Program-made: the position numbers and the translations under genes | In this document: piece after piece, positions 32,153-41,013 of the stretch | Position numbering within the stretch: the first letter of the stretch is position 1 | How the letters are laid out: each line of letters begins with the position of its first letter | Origin: a virus | Taxonomy: Duplodnaviria > Caudoviricetes | Virus record (IMG/VR): IMGVR_UViG_3300033513_000022 | Coordinates: 1 to 42,816 of that record | DNA length: 42,816 nt | Direction: 5' to 3' (one strand) | Notes under the pieces: generated by a model | What the model was told of the DNA's origin: nothing | Database searches by the model: none | The model's input: the letters and a program-made list of their open reading frames with translations, nothing else

Positions 32153-32289
32153 ATGATGGACTATCAGGGTAGGCCCCCTCTCCTCCCCCGTCAATATGGC
32201 GCAAACCGATGCAAACCGCGTCAAAGTGAAGCATCAAATTGGGCCGGGGGTGTCCGCTTCGCCCCGCCTGATGAACGGAAACTTCGTCC

Positions 32290-32469
32290 CTATGACCTAC
32301 GCCGTCGGTCACGCGGGAGGACGCGGGGAAGGCGGCAGTAATCGGGAATCCCGGTCAGCGGGCAGAGCCGCCTATGCTTCTGACAGAAGTCCCGGTCGGG
32401 TATCGTAGAGTGCGGCGTCTGATGCCGACATTGGTCGCAACGGTCTATCCGAATCCACCGGGCAGTCAT
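32290..32469 (-). CDS. 59-aa Cys-rich protein (not in the ORF track)
   Basis: MTARWIRIDRCDQC..DFCQKH..GIPDYCRL; same Cys pattern as 15357-15662. Confidence 0.6.
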   Translation of the reverse strand: MTARWIRIDRCDQCRHQTPHSTIPDRDFCQKHRRLCPLTGIPDYCRLPRVLPRDRRRRS

Positions 32470-32472
32470 CCA

Positions 32473-33201
32473 TCAAGCGGTACGCTTCCAAAAAAAGCAT
32501 GTGATGTAGGGCTGAACGACGCTCATGGCGGAGTGGTTCGAGGGCTGAGTCACGGAGTGCGAGAGAACCGGGGTCTGATGGGTGTGGGCCGCAAGCGTCA
32601 GCGTCGATGAGCTCGTCCCCCGCTGAGTCGAGCCCGCGCTGGCCGCGCCCGTTGCCGCTGCCGCGTGGTTGCCGACGGCCGCGCCCTCATGCGCACTCGG
32701 GGTCGAGGTCTTCGCCCCGCCCGTCTCCTCCGCCGTGTCGAAGTCCGGGTCCGCCGCGTCGAGGCCGACGAGCACCCGACCCGCGCCGAAGGCCGTCCAT
32801 GTCCCGTAGCCCAGGAACGTCGTCGGGTTCACGTTCACGACGGAGAGGAGGACATAGCCGACCGGGAACTCGAACCCGCCCTCCCCGGCCGGCCCTTGCG
32901 GACCCGTGAGATGCGGTCCCGTGGGCGTCCCGTCTACCGTCAAGCGGTCCGCGTCGCCGCCCGTCCCGAAGGCCACGACGGGGGAATGACCGTCCGTCCC
33001 GTCCGCGCCGGCGGGCCCGGGCGCCCCGTCAACTCCGTCATCATAATCGACACCCTTGACGGGCGTATAGCCGTCTGCCCCCGCCGGACCCGGTGGCCCG
33101 GGGATGGGTTCCCCGCCCGTTCCGAGTTCCTCCACGGGCCGGGTTGTCCCGTCACTCTGGACGATTATGTCAATGTCAACGACCGATGGTTTCTTTATCA
33201 T
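32473..33201 (-). CDS. Collagen-like fibre/baseplate protein with a T4 gp10 C-terminal-like domain
   Basis: GPPGPAG/GAPGPAG repeats; FPVG..NP...G.GTW...GRVLVG..TGG..QPYIT...WKRTA. Confidence 0.8.
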   Translation of the reverse strand: MIKKPSVVDIDIIVQSDGTTRPVEELGTGGEPIPGPPGPAGADGYTPVKGVDYDDGVDGAPGPAGADGTDGHSPVVAFGTGGDADRLTVDGTPTGPHLTGPQGPAGEGGFEFPVGYVLLSVVNVNPTTFLGYGTWTAFGAGRVLVGLDAADPDFDTAEETGGAKTSTPSAHEGAAVGNHAAAATGAASAGSTQRGTSSSTLTLAAHTHQTPVLSHSVTQPSNHSAMSVVQPYITCFFWKRTA

Positions 33202-33205
33202 GGCC

Positions 33206-33544
33206 CTACTCCGTAGCGGGTTCGAGTCCGTATGCGCTGACCTTCAGAGTCTTGCCGCCGGCAACCTTGTTCTGGAACTTGAGGTAGCCCGCCTCGAAGT
33301 AGCAGTTGTAAGTTGCGGCGTGGTCCTTCGTCGTGCTGAATAGGGGGTTGACGGAGATGGCCGCGCCCCCGCCGTTCTCCACGCGCCAGACCCCTATGGC
33401 GTTGTCCTCCGATATCCCGACGATGACGATGCCCATGAACGTCGCATCAAGGGCCGTCTCGATGATTTGGTCGAGGGCGAAGTCCGTGTTCGGGATGACG
33501 GGTCCGGCGACGTTCCCCAAAGTTGCCGCGAGTTTGACAGCCAC
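33206..33544 (-). CDS. Small tail-associated beta protein
   Basis: GGAGG precedes GTG 33544; resembles the C-terminal domain of the tailspike. Confidence 0.65.
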   Translation of the reverse strand: MAVKLAATLGNVAGPVIPNTDFALDQIIETALDATFMGIVIVGISEDNAIGVWRVENGGGAAISVNPLFSTTKDHAATYNCYFEAGYLKFQNKVAGGKTLKVSAYGLEPATE

Positions 33545-33545
33545 G

Positions 33546-35867
33546 CTATTCCTCCGTCCATGTCCCACTAATATCCAGCTTGTACCACTTCCCCGTAGCG
33601 AGACAGCCGAGGACGAGATAACTTCCAACAACGGCGTCACTCGCCAAGTAGTCGCCGGCGGTCCCCGTGAGGACCATGATCTGCTCCGTCCCGTTCGGGT
33701 CAATGGTGATGGCAAAGGCGGCCTCGACGTAGAACGTTATCTTCATCCCGACGACAGCGGCCGGCAGGTCGAAGTGGACCCCCGCCGTCGCGCCCAGGTT
33801 CGTCAGCACCCAACCGTTGCAATGCTCCGCCGTGACCGCTACCGGGGTCGTTGTATAGTTCGCTATGTTCATGGGTACGCTCCTCATTTCGCAAGTATAG
33901 GTTGCCGTCGCGTTCTGCAAATCGACGCCGACGATTATCCCGGTGACGGTCTGCAACGCCCCGCCCGGCGTGAAGGCTATGTTCCACTCGATGCAGTCGC
34001 CCGGCTCGAGCGGCATGACGCAATGGGGCACGGTCAGGCTCGCATACCACTTCGGGTCTTTCCGGTCGGCAAGGATCTCCGCCGCCATCGCGTCTATCGA
34101 CGCCTGGTCTTGGAACAGGTCGTTCGTTATCGTCTCCGTGTGTTCGCCGTTCGCCGTGATGGAGGTCGAGTCCGAGGCCGTCCCCGTCCATCGGCTCGAT
34201 TTCTTGTCCTCCCGCGTCTCATACATGGCCTGCTTGATGCCCTCGACGACGACGCGGTTCCGTATCTGCGCCAACTCCTGATGGTCGTCAAGCGCGCCGA
34301 GGTGCCCGAAGGAGGTAAAGGAAAAGTCTACCTCCCCGCCCACGGGCGCGGGCTTGAAAGTGGGCGTCCCGTCGTAGGCGAACCAGAAGCGGTAATTGAC
34401 GCGCTCGCAGAGCTTCTGGATGGCCGCAAGCGCGGTCGTCCCCGCGTCGAACCAGACCCGGTCGATAGTGACGCCCGTCGCCTCGTAGTCCATCGCCGCA
34501 AGCGCAAGGGCCTGACTCGCATAGAGCCCGGCCGCGACGAGGATATCCGCGACGACGTTCTCAAGCGTCTGGTCCGTGTAGTAATAGATGATGAGGTTGT
34601 CGGTCCCGACGGCGATTATCTTCTTCTCCGAGAAAGTGAGCAGGTTCGTCGCCTCGTCGAAGGTCCATTCGTTGTTCGCCGTACCGAACCAGATGGCCGC
34701 GCCGTCGAGGGTCGCCAGGTATGGGCCGTTCGAGGCCATCGGCAACTCGTAGGGCGCGTTGATGGCGTCGCCCGTTATCGGCTTGATGGAGATTTGGTCG
34801 ATGCCGCACCACGGGGACCCGGCCTTGACTTGGTCGGACATACGGAAAGTCATCCGGGCCGTCGTCGTCTTCGGGCAGACGAATTGAAATGTGGCCGTTG
34901 TCCAGGTCGACGAGGTCAGGTTGGCGATGCTACCCCAACAGAGCCCGGTCCCGCTTTCGTAGATGTAGCAGGAGAGGCGCGAACCAAGCGCGTGCGTCGC
35001 GTTCGTCCGAACATATTTGAAGCTGACAACGTAAGTGACGCCGGCTGTGAGGCTCCCGACGTTGTCATCATAGGTGACGGGTGAGTCGGCAATGTCCTCC
35101 GGGGCAAGTTTCCCATAGTAGGTCGAGCCACCCGCACCCGACGTCACCGAGACGAAGGTCCCGTCCGAGGTGACCCAGTTCGTGACGTTCCCGGCCTCGT
35201 TGACCCCGATCTCCATCGCGTCCGCCTCGGCGTAAATCTCCGAACCTAGCACCATGACGGAGGCGATGGTTGAATACGTCGCCGACGAACCCCAATAATT
35301 ATTCGGGCTTCGAAGTTCGAAGTCCGCCAGCCGCTTCGAGTAGTCGCAACCCGTGAGGGAGACGGTCCGCGCCCCGTGGTTGAATTTCGGCGCGTCCATG
35401 TAGCCGATGAGTCGTTGCCAATAGTAGACGGTGCCGCCGAAAACGCCGCCGATGGAGATGCGGACTTGGCGGCCTATGCGGAAGTAGTCCTTATACTCCG
35501 ACGTGGGGTGAAGCGGGTGGAATATGCCGCCGGGGTTATGAATCTCCGCCGACCACGTTCCGGCTATGACCTCGGGGGTCTTGCCCGCGCCCGAGGGAGT
35601 GACGGAGATGGACTTGAGGCCCTTCGCGCTTGAGTCGAACGTTCCGCCGTCAAGCGTTGCGGTCGGGTCTTCCGTGAAACTTCCGCCGTCAAGCGTCGTC
35701 CCGCCCGCCGCAAGGAACGTCGCGCCGTCTATGACCGCCGCGCTGAGCGAGCCGACGAGCGAACCGATGTCAATCCATGAGCCGTCAACGTAGACCTCGA
35801 ACTTATAGCGAACCTGCTTGACTTTCGCCAAGAGGTTTGTCTGCGTGAGCGGTGAAAAGGATTGCAC
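33546..35867 (-). CDS. Tail hub (Tal-like) protein with a carbohydrate-binding-like insert and a C-terminal fibre-docking domain
   Basis: G..VRI..G, L.G.D, FWF.YDG...F and RNRVVV hub patterns; LTAGVTYVVSF insert; LPAA..G..ITF..IDPNG.E.I tail. Confidence 0.7.
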   Translation of the reverse strand: MQSFSPLTQTNLLAKVKQVRYKFEVYVDGSWIDIGSLVGSLSAAVIDGATFLAAGGTTLDGGSFTEDPTATLDGGTFDSSAKGLKSISVTPSGAGKTPEVIAGTWSAEIHNPGGIFHPLHPTSEYKDYFRIGRQVRISIGGVFGGTVYYWQRLIGYMDAPKFNHGARTVSLTGCDYSKRLADFELRSPNNYWGSSATYSTIASVMVLGSEIYAEADAMEIGVNEAGNVTNWVTSDGTFVSVTSGAGGSTYYGKLAPEDIADSPVTYDDNVGSLTAGVTYVVSFKYVRTNATHALGSRLSCYIYESGTGLCWGSIANLTSSTWTTATFQFVCPKTTTARMTFRMSDQVKAGSPWCGIDQISIKPITGDAINAPYELPMASNGPYLATLDGAAIWFGTANNEWTFDEATNLLTFSEKKIIAVGTDNLIIYYYTDQTLENVVADILVAAGLYASQALALAAMDYEATGVTIDRVWFDAGTTALAAIQKLCERVNYRFWFAYDGTPTFKPAPVGGEVDFSFTSFGHLGALDDHQELAQIRNRVVVEGIKQAMYETREDKKSSRWTGTASDSTSITANGEHTETITNDLFQDQASIDAMAAEILADRKDPKWYASLTVPHCVMPLEPGDCIEWNIAFTPGGALQTVTGIIVGVDLQNATATYTCEMRSVPMNIANYTTTPVAVTAEHCNGWVLTNLGATAGVHFDLPAAVVGMKITFYVEAAFAITIDPNGTEQIMVLTGTAGDYLASDAVVGSYLVLGCLATGKWYKLDISGTWTEE

Positions 35868-35879
35868 AGGTTAAGCACC

Positions 35880-37970
35880 TCAGTTGTAGTAATAGATGAT
35901 TCGAATTTCGCCCGTCGCCCCGAGCCTGTTCTTGACGATGGCCCCGGTTCCGCCGTCGTAGACGCAGAGCGAACCGTCCGTATCCGCCGCCGCCGTGTTC
36001 GTCGAGCCGCTTATCTTCGTAACCGTGCCGTCGGCCTGGACGAGCCACATTCCCGCCTCGGCGTTGCAGGAAACGAAGACTATGCCGCTTGTCGCGTCGG
36101 GAAGCGTGACCGTGCCGTCGTCGGCCAAATCGTCTTTTTGGTAAACGTATTGAAGCGTCGTCCCGGTGTCGGAACGCATGCCGAAGATGCCCCCGCCCTC
36201 GGTGCGGAAGTGCGGTCCGGCCTGGCCCGCTACGGCCCCCGCGTCGGCGGAGTATTGCTGGAATGAATCGGCGGGAGAAGTGGTCGGGGCGGTGCCGGTT
36301 TTCTGTCCAATAACACCGACGCCATTTGTTCCGACGGTAGCTCCGGCCACAAGAACATCTTTTGTGATGTGGGTATGGTCGAAGGTGGGGCCAGCCGTAC
36401 TATCAACGGCCTGATCGAATTTTACGATTGTCCCATTTTCCGTAATAAACTGTGGGCCGTAATTCCCTGCCGCTATGTCTGCCCCATACATACGGTAGCA
36501 ATCGGAACCAAAGTTGGGGCCAATCATAATCTTCGTGGTCGGGGTAAGTATCCCCGAGTCTATGGCAAATGGATAAGTAGCCGCTTGGAATATATTGTTT
36601 GATATATTTATGTTATCCGTATAAGTGGCACCATAAATCCAAACATTATTTTGAGTCCATGCCGTTACCCTGTCATCATAAAAAGAATTGCCGATAACAT
36701 TGGCATATCGGCATTCATACAGGCGCAGGGCGGCGTCCGAATCAAATAACCCCCGGCCGGGGTCTTCCAGCATATTATAAAAGATGTTGTCGCTTATGGT
36801 GATATTCTCTATGTAGTTATTTAGCCAAACCGGATCTTCGCAATTATCAAATATGTTTTTTGATATGATCACATTGCGAGCAAACGCCGTCACGCTACCG
36901 CCAACCCTAACTGGTTGACCGCAAGTTTTCAAATTGTTATTGGTTATAGAAATGTTTTCAACTTCGTAATTTACGCCGCCAGCCGTTAGCCGGATACCGA
37001 TGATGCCGTAATACTTTACTGAATAGAGATTATTCCCTGTAACAACAGCATTTTTGCATCCGTTCACGCTAATGCCGGATTCTGTTATTAGCGGAGTTTC
37101 GCCAAAATATCCCATCCCATAAATGAAATTCCCAGCTATATATATTTCATCGCTAGATGGACACCCAATGGCCGTATCGCCAAACTTTTCAAACAAACAG
37201 TTGATAACATAGACGCGCTCCGAATGAGTGGTCAAGTGGACATCCACGGAAATCGCGTTGCCTCCATTAGCATCGGGGTTGAGGATACCACATTCAAAGA
37301 AATGGCAATTACGGATATACGTTTCTGTGCTTCCGCGAATATCTATGGCCCTATCTCCGCCATTGTCAAACCGACAGTTTTCTATCTGCGTCCTTCTAGC
37401 CAGGGTCGTACGAATGCAAACTGAATATGTTGCTACTCCCTGATTTGCTTCATCGCCATCGAACTTCATATTAAAGAACGAAACATTCGTTGCCCCAGAC
37501 GTGACGTTAAACATTTGGGCCGAACCAGGTGCCTTATGTTTGACAATGGTCGATTCCCGGTCTGCCCCCATTATTGTTGTGTTGCTATATACCGTGACCG
37601 TGTCAATGATATATGTCTTGTTCGCGGCAAATAATAATAAACCGCCACCGCTTGCATTTATGGCTGTAAGAGCCGCCTGAATCGCCGTCGTATCATCCGT
37701 AACGCCATCGCCCTTCGCGCCATACATCTCCGGCGTGATGTAGTCGCCGTGGACGCGGATGTTCCCAACGCTCGAACCGATGTAGAGTTCGCGGGTGTCC
37801 GTCGCAAACCCCAACTCTCCCGCCGTGAGCGCGGGCAGGTCGGCCTTGAGTCCCCGCCGGACGAGGATTTTGTAGGTCTGCCCGATTAGGCTTGATGACG
37901 GGGCCATGATGAATTGAATCCCGGCCACGAGTGCCAGGAGAGCCAATAAGGTCGTGATTTTCTTTTTCAT
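35880..37970 (-). CDS. Tailspike-like depolymerase: signal peptide, Mtd_N-like domain, pectate-lyase-3 beta-helix, C-terminal domain
   Basis: RRG...LP.L..GELGFATDTRELYIG; YGAKGDGVTDDTTAIQAA; repeated I.I.NN turns; AGGAG precedes ATG 37970. Confidence 0.85.
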   Translation of the reverse strand: MKKKITTLLALLALVAGIQFIMAPSSSLIGQTYKILVRRGLKADLPALTAGELGFATDTRELYIGSSVGNIRVHGDYITPEMYGAKGDGVTDDTTAIQAALTAINASGGGLLLFAANKTYIIDTVTVYSNTTIMGADRESTIVKHKAPGSAQMFNVTSGATNVSFFNMKFDGDEANQGVATYSVCIRTTLARRTQIENCRFDNGGDRAIDIRGSTETYIRNCHFFECGILNPDANGGNAISVDVHLTTHSERVYVINCLFEKFGDTAIGCPSSDEIYIAGNFIYGMGYFGETPLITESGISVNGCKNAVVTGNNLYSVKYYGIIGIRLTAGGVNYEVENISITNNNLKTCGQPVRVGGSVTAFARNVIISKNIFDNCEDPVWLNNYIENITISDNIFYNMLEDPGRGLFDSDAALRLYECRYANVIGNSFYDDRVTAWTQNNVWIYGATYTDNINISNNIFQAATYPFAIDSGILTPTTKIMIGPNFGSDCYRMYGADIAAGNYGPQFITENGTIVKFDQAVDSTAGPTFDHTHITKDVLVAGATVGTNGVGVIGQKTGTAPTTSPADSFQQYSADAGAVAGQAGPHFRTEGGGIFGMRSDTGTTLQYVYQKDDLADDGTVTLPDATSGIVFVSCNAEAGMWLVQADGTVTKISGSTNTAAADTDGSLCVYDGGTGAIVKNRLGATGEIRIIYYYN

Positions 37971-38025
37971 TTCCAACTCCTAAAGGACTTCCCTCGGCGT
38001 CAGGCTCAGGGTGTAGCGCGCCACG

Positions 38026-38418
38026 TTATCCCCCCGTCCCCTTCAGTTCGATTGAGAACTTATAGAGGATCGTCGCTTGCCCCGTCGTCTCGGCTATGGG
38101 GACGCAACTCCAGGCCAGGACGACGACCGGATAGGCCACGCTATCAACGTACTCATTGATGTAACTCAGTTCTTCGTTATAGCCGACGGCGGTCAAAAGC
38201 ACTTCGACCTGTGCCCACGTCAATTCGTCGAACTCAAGCCGGAATGCGCGGGGGTGATAGGTGTCGATATTGAAACTCGATGAGCCGTCGAGCATCTTCT
38301 CTTCGCTGACGTTCTTCGTGCATTCGGTCGGTATCTCCACGCCCGCGCCGGGAGCGTACTTGATGTCGGGAAGCGTGACTTCCGCGCCGAGGAGACCGAG
38401 CTTTATGACGGCCATCAT
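38026..38418 (-). CDS. Putative distal tail protein
   Basis: 130 aa directly after the tape measure gene; beta-rich. Confidence 0.6.
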   Translation of the reverse strand: MMAVIKLGLLGAEVTLPDIKYAPGAGVEIPTECTKNVSEEKMLDGSSSFNIDTYHPRAFRLEFDELTWAQVEVLLTAVGYNEELSYINEYVDSVAYPVVVLAWSCVPIAETTGQATILYKFSIELKGTGG

Positions 38419-40676
38419 CCCCTCCCCAACTTGAATCCGCGAAGGCGGGCCTGGGCCTCTAATTCGCGGAAGATCGTTGCCCCGTCTACCGTGCGGGTCG
38501 TGTGAACATGAATCCCGCCGTTGAGAGTGAACGACCCCCCCGCCATCGCCGGGACAAGCCCGCCGCCCAGGGCTTCGCGCACGGCCTGCTTAATCATGCT
38601 CTTGGGGGCGACAACCTCCGGCTCATTCTCGGCTATCTCGTAGGATGCCCCGGTGTCGGCCAGGAGCTTCGTCCGCCTCGTGAACACTCCGCCCTTGGCG
38701 AGGGGAATGGGCTGGGCGGCGATAAGCCCGACCTGAATCCAACCCAGGGCTTCGATGATGGCCGACCACGGGATGCCCAGGATGAACCCGCCCTGGGCCA
38801 TCGCTTTCGCCGCCGCCTCGTGCGTGCTGATGATGGCGTTGGAGATGGCGATTGCCTTTGTGCTGAGGCCCAGGGCACGCGTAGCCTTCCTTCGCTTTGC
38901 GGCAAATTCATCATCGAGTTTGGCGATGGCCTGTTGCCGAGTATCCTCATCGGTGATATTGGCATTAATCGCGGCGAGCCGCTTATTGTATTCGTTGTCG
39001 ATGGCGATCATCCGGTTCGCCGTGCCTTGCTGGATAACCAGGTCCAGGCCGGCGAGCGCGGAACCGGCGGTCTCGGCAAACTTCTCCCACGGGTCGGCCG
39101 CCCCCGCGATTTCCTTCTTGAGCTTGGCGATCTCCGCCCTGAGTTTTTTGACTTCACTTGTCGGCATGGCGTCGCCGAATCTACGCAGTTGTTCTTCCTT
39201 TGCCCGGAGGTCTTTTTCGAGGTCAACCTTCAAGATGAGGCCCACGCCATTGGCCGCATCCCCGGCCGCCTTCCTCATCGCCGCAAATGATTCGTTGAGT
39301 TCCTTGTCTTCCTGTGTCAGACCCGCCGTCACGCCGATGGCCCCGCTGACGGTTTCGCGGAGCGACTTGAACTTCTCAACCGTCGGCTCCATGTGAATAT
39401 CCACCTCACCCATCATGCGGAGCCAGCGGACTTCTTCGGCAAGGGCCTTTTGGGATTCCGTCAAGGGGAGATTTAATTTTTCCAGGGACATTCGGAGCTT
39501 GTCGATATACTCTTCCATTTTCCGAATGCCCTCTGGCGTCGCCTCTCCCGTTTTGATATAGGCGGCCAGGGTCTTCGTGGCGGTCTCTATCTTCTCGCGT
39601 ATCTCGCTGCTGAATGCGGCATTCTGGGCGGTGAGTAATTCCTTCTGTTCCTTCGTGAGGGCGGCAATGCCCGTCGCCACAACTTTCGCCGCCCATCCCA
39701 TCTTTATCCAAAGCTCCTCTCCGCGCTCGTAGGCGTCGGCGATATTCTTTGCTTCGAGGTTCGCTTTCGCTTGCGCTTTGGCGAGGATGAGCAGGGTCGG
39801 GGCAAGGTCTTCTTCGATTATTTGGGCGACGGTGTTGACGACAAGCATGAACACGCCGAGCGGCCCCGACGACCTGTTTGTCGCCTCGCTGAATTGGTCT
39901 ATTACAACCTTGATGAGGGTCAGGACTTCTTTGAACGCCTCTGCATTCAGAATGACTTTGCCAATATTTTCCCGCACGTCATCGAATGAATGTTTGATCT
40001 GGGCGAGGCGTCCGGCGAACGTATCCACCTCGGCTTCCGCCCGCTGATAATCTTTTGCCAATTCCCTTGCCATCGCCGCATGCTTCTCGCCCTCGGTCGT
40101 CGCGTCACGGATGGCCGGGATAAGCATCCCGAGTTGTCGATAGTTCCCCTGAAAGCCCTGCGCAACGGCGCGGGCCGCGCTCTGGAGGTCCATCTGATAA
40201 ACTGACGCAAGGCCGACGGCTCCCCGCGTCGCCTCGTCCACCTGTTTTGTTTCGATGCCCATCTGAATAATCAGGGCTTGGGCGGACTTAATGGCCTCAT
40301 CGTCGTATTTCGTCTTCCGTTGGAGTTCTGCGGCATACCGCTTGAAGTGTTCGGCCGAGTATCCGGCGGCCCGGCCCGTAATCATCAGGGCCGCTTCCAG
40401 GGCTCGGTCTACGCGCTCCGCTTCAATCGCGGCCTCGATGCTTGCGACAAATTCGTCCTTGAGGAACCGGACGCCCCCACGAATTACGTCGGCCGCCAGA
40501 CTCGCGGCGGTGAAGGCCGGGATGAGGTTTCCCGTTAACTGTTGCCCGAAACTTTTTGATTCCTTCCCGGCCGCCCCGGCCCCCTTGCCGAGTTTAGTTA
40601 CCTCATCATCGAGCCGCTTGATAGAGGTGACGGCCCCCTGGTCGTTGACCGTCACGGTATATTTGATATCGGCCAT
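38415..40676 (-). CDS. Tape measure protein
   Basis: 753 aa, Ala-rich and helical; C-terminal IAAQPIPLAKGG..IAE.EPEVVAP. Confidence 0.9.
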   Translation of the reverse strand: MADIKYTVTVNDQGAVTSIKRLDDEVTKLGKGAGAAGKESKSFGQQLTGNLIPAFTAASLAADVIRGGVRFLKDEFVASIEAAIEAERVDRALEAALMITGRAAGYSAEHFKRYAAELQRKTKYDDEAIKSAQALIIQMGIETKQVDEATRGAVGLASVYQMDLQSAARAVAQGFQGNYRQLGMLIPAIRDATTEGEKHAAMARELAKDYQRAEAEVDTFAGRLAQIKHSFDDVRENIGKVILNAEAFKEVLTLIKVVIDQFSEATNRSSGPLGVFMLVVNTVAQIIEEDLAPTLLILAKAQAKANLEAKNIADAYERGEELWIKMGWAAKVVATGIAALTKEQKELLTAQNAAFSSEIREKIETATKTLAAYIKTGEATPEGIRKMEEYIDKLRMSLEKLNLPLTESQKALAEEVRWLRMMGEVDIHMEPTVEKFKSLRETVSGAIGVTAGLTQEDKELNESFAAMRKAAGDAANGVGLILKVDLEKDLRAKEEQLRRFGDAMPTSEVKKLRAEIAKLKKEIAGAADPWEKFAETAGSALAGLDLVIQQGTANRMIAIDNEYNKRLAAINANITDEDTRQQAIAKLDDEFAAKRRKATRALGLSTKAIAISNAIISTHEAAAKAMAQGGFILGIPWSAIIEALGWIQVGLIAAQPIPLAKGGVFTRRTKLLADTGASYEIAENEPEVVAPKSMIKQAVREALGGGLVPAMAGGSFTLNGGIHVHTTRTVDGATIFRELEAQARLRGFKLGRG

Positions 40677-40677
40677 T

Positions 40678-41013
40678 CTATTTTCCCATCCTGTCCTGTG
40701 CCTTCTCCATCGCTATCCTTGCGAACGTGCCATGAATTAGGTTGAACGCCTTGAGAAAAAATTCCCCGGCAACGTCTTCGAGGTCCGGCCAGAAGCGCGG
40801 GACAAGCCCGGCCTCGATAGTCGCGGGCGTGACTTTATCCAGGTACCACATCCAGCACTCTCCCTCGAACGCGGTCATCCGCCCGGCGGCCTCCTCCAAC
40901 CGGCAGTTGACGCATGGCCGTTTCGCCTCCCCTACCCCGTGCTTGTGTTTTTCCGGCTTCTGTATCAGCCGCCAGAAATCCCCGTAGAGCGCGAGGTAGC
41001 CCGTCAGTTTTTT
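40678..41013 (-). CDS. Tail assembly chaperone T segment, expressed by -1 frameshift
   Basis: Frame is entered at slippery A-AAA-AAC (41013-41007) and ends 1 nt before the tape measure start. Confidence 0.75.
   Translation of the reverse strand, partial: KKLTGYLALYGDFWRLIQKPEKHKHGVGEAKRPCVNCRLEEAAGRMTAFEGECWMWYLDKVTPATIEAGLVPRFWPDLEDVAGEFFLKAFNLIHGTFARIAMEKAQDRMGK

Noticed and set aside
32254-32335. Hammerhead-like CTGATGA...GAAA with flanking ccccgc/gcgggg pairing
   Set aside because: There is no stem II and the would-be cleavage triplet is GAC rather than NUH; part of the region is better explained by the 59-aa CDS.
33333-35084. 583-aa plus-strand ORF and other long antisense ORFs (for example 41115-42449, 7264-8331, 8482-9495)
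   Set aside because: These are shadow frames opposite clear GC-rich genes, with no motifs or RBS support.
35880-37970. Diversity-generating retroelement suggested by the Mtd_N-like domain
   Set aside because: No reverse transcriptase ORF and no template/variable repeat pair differing at adenines was seen.
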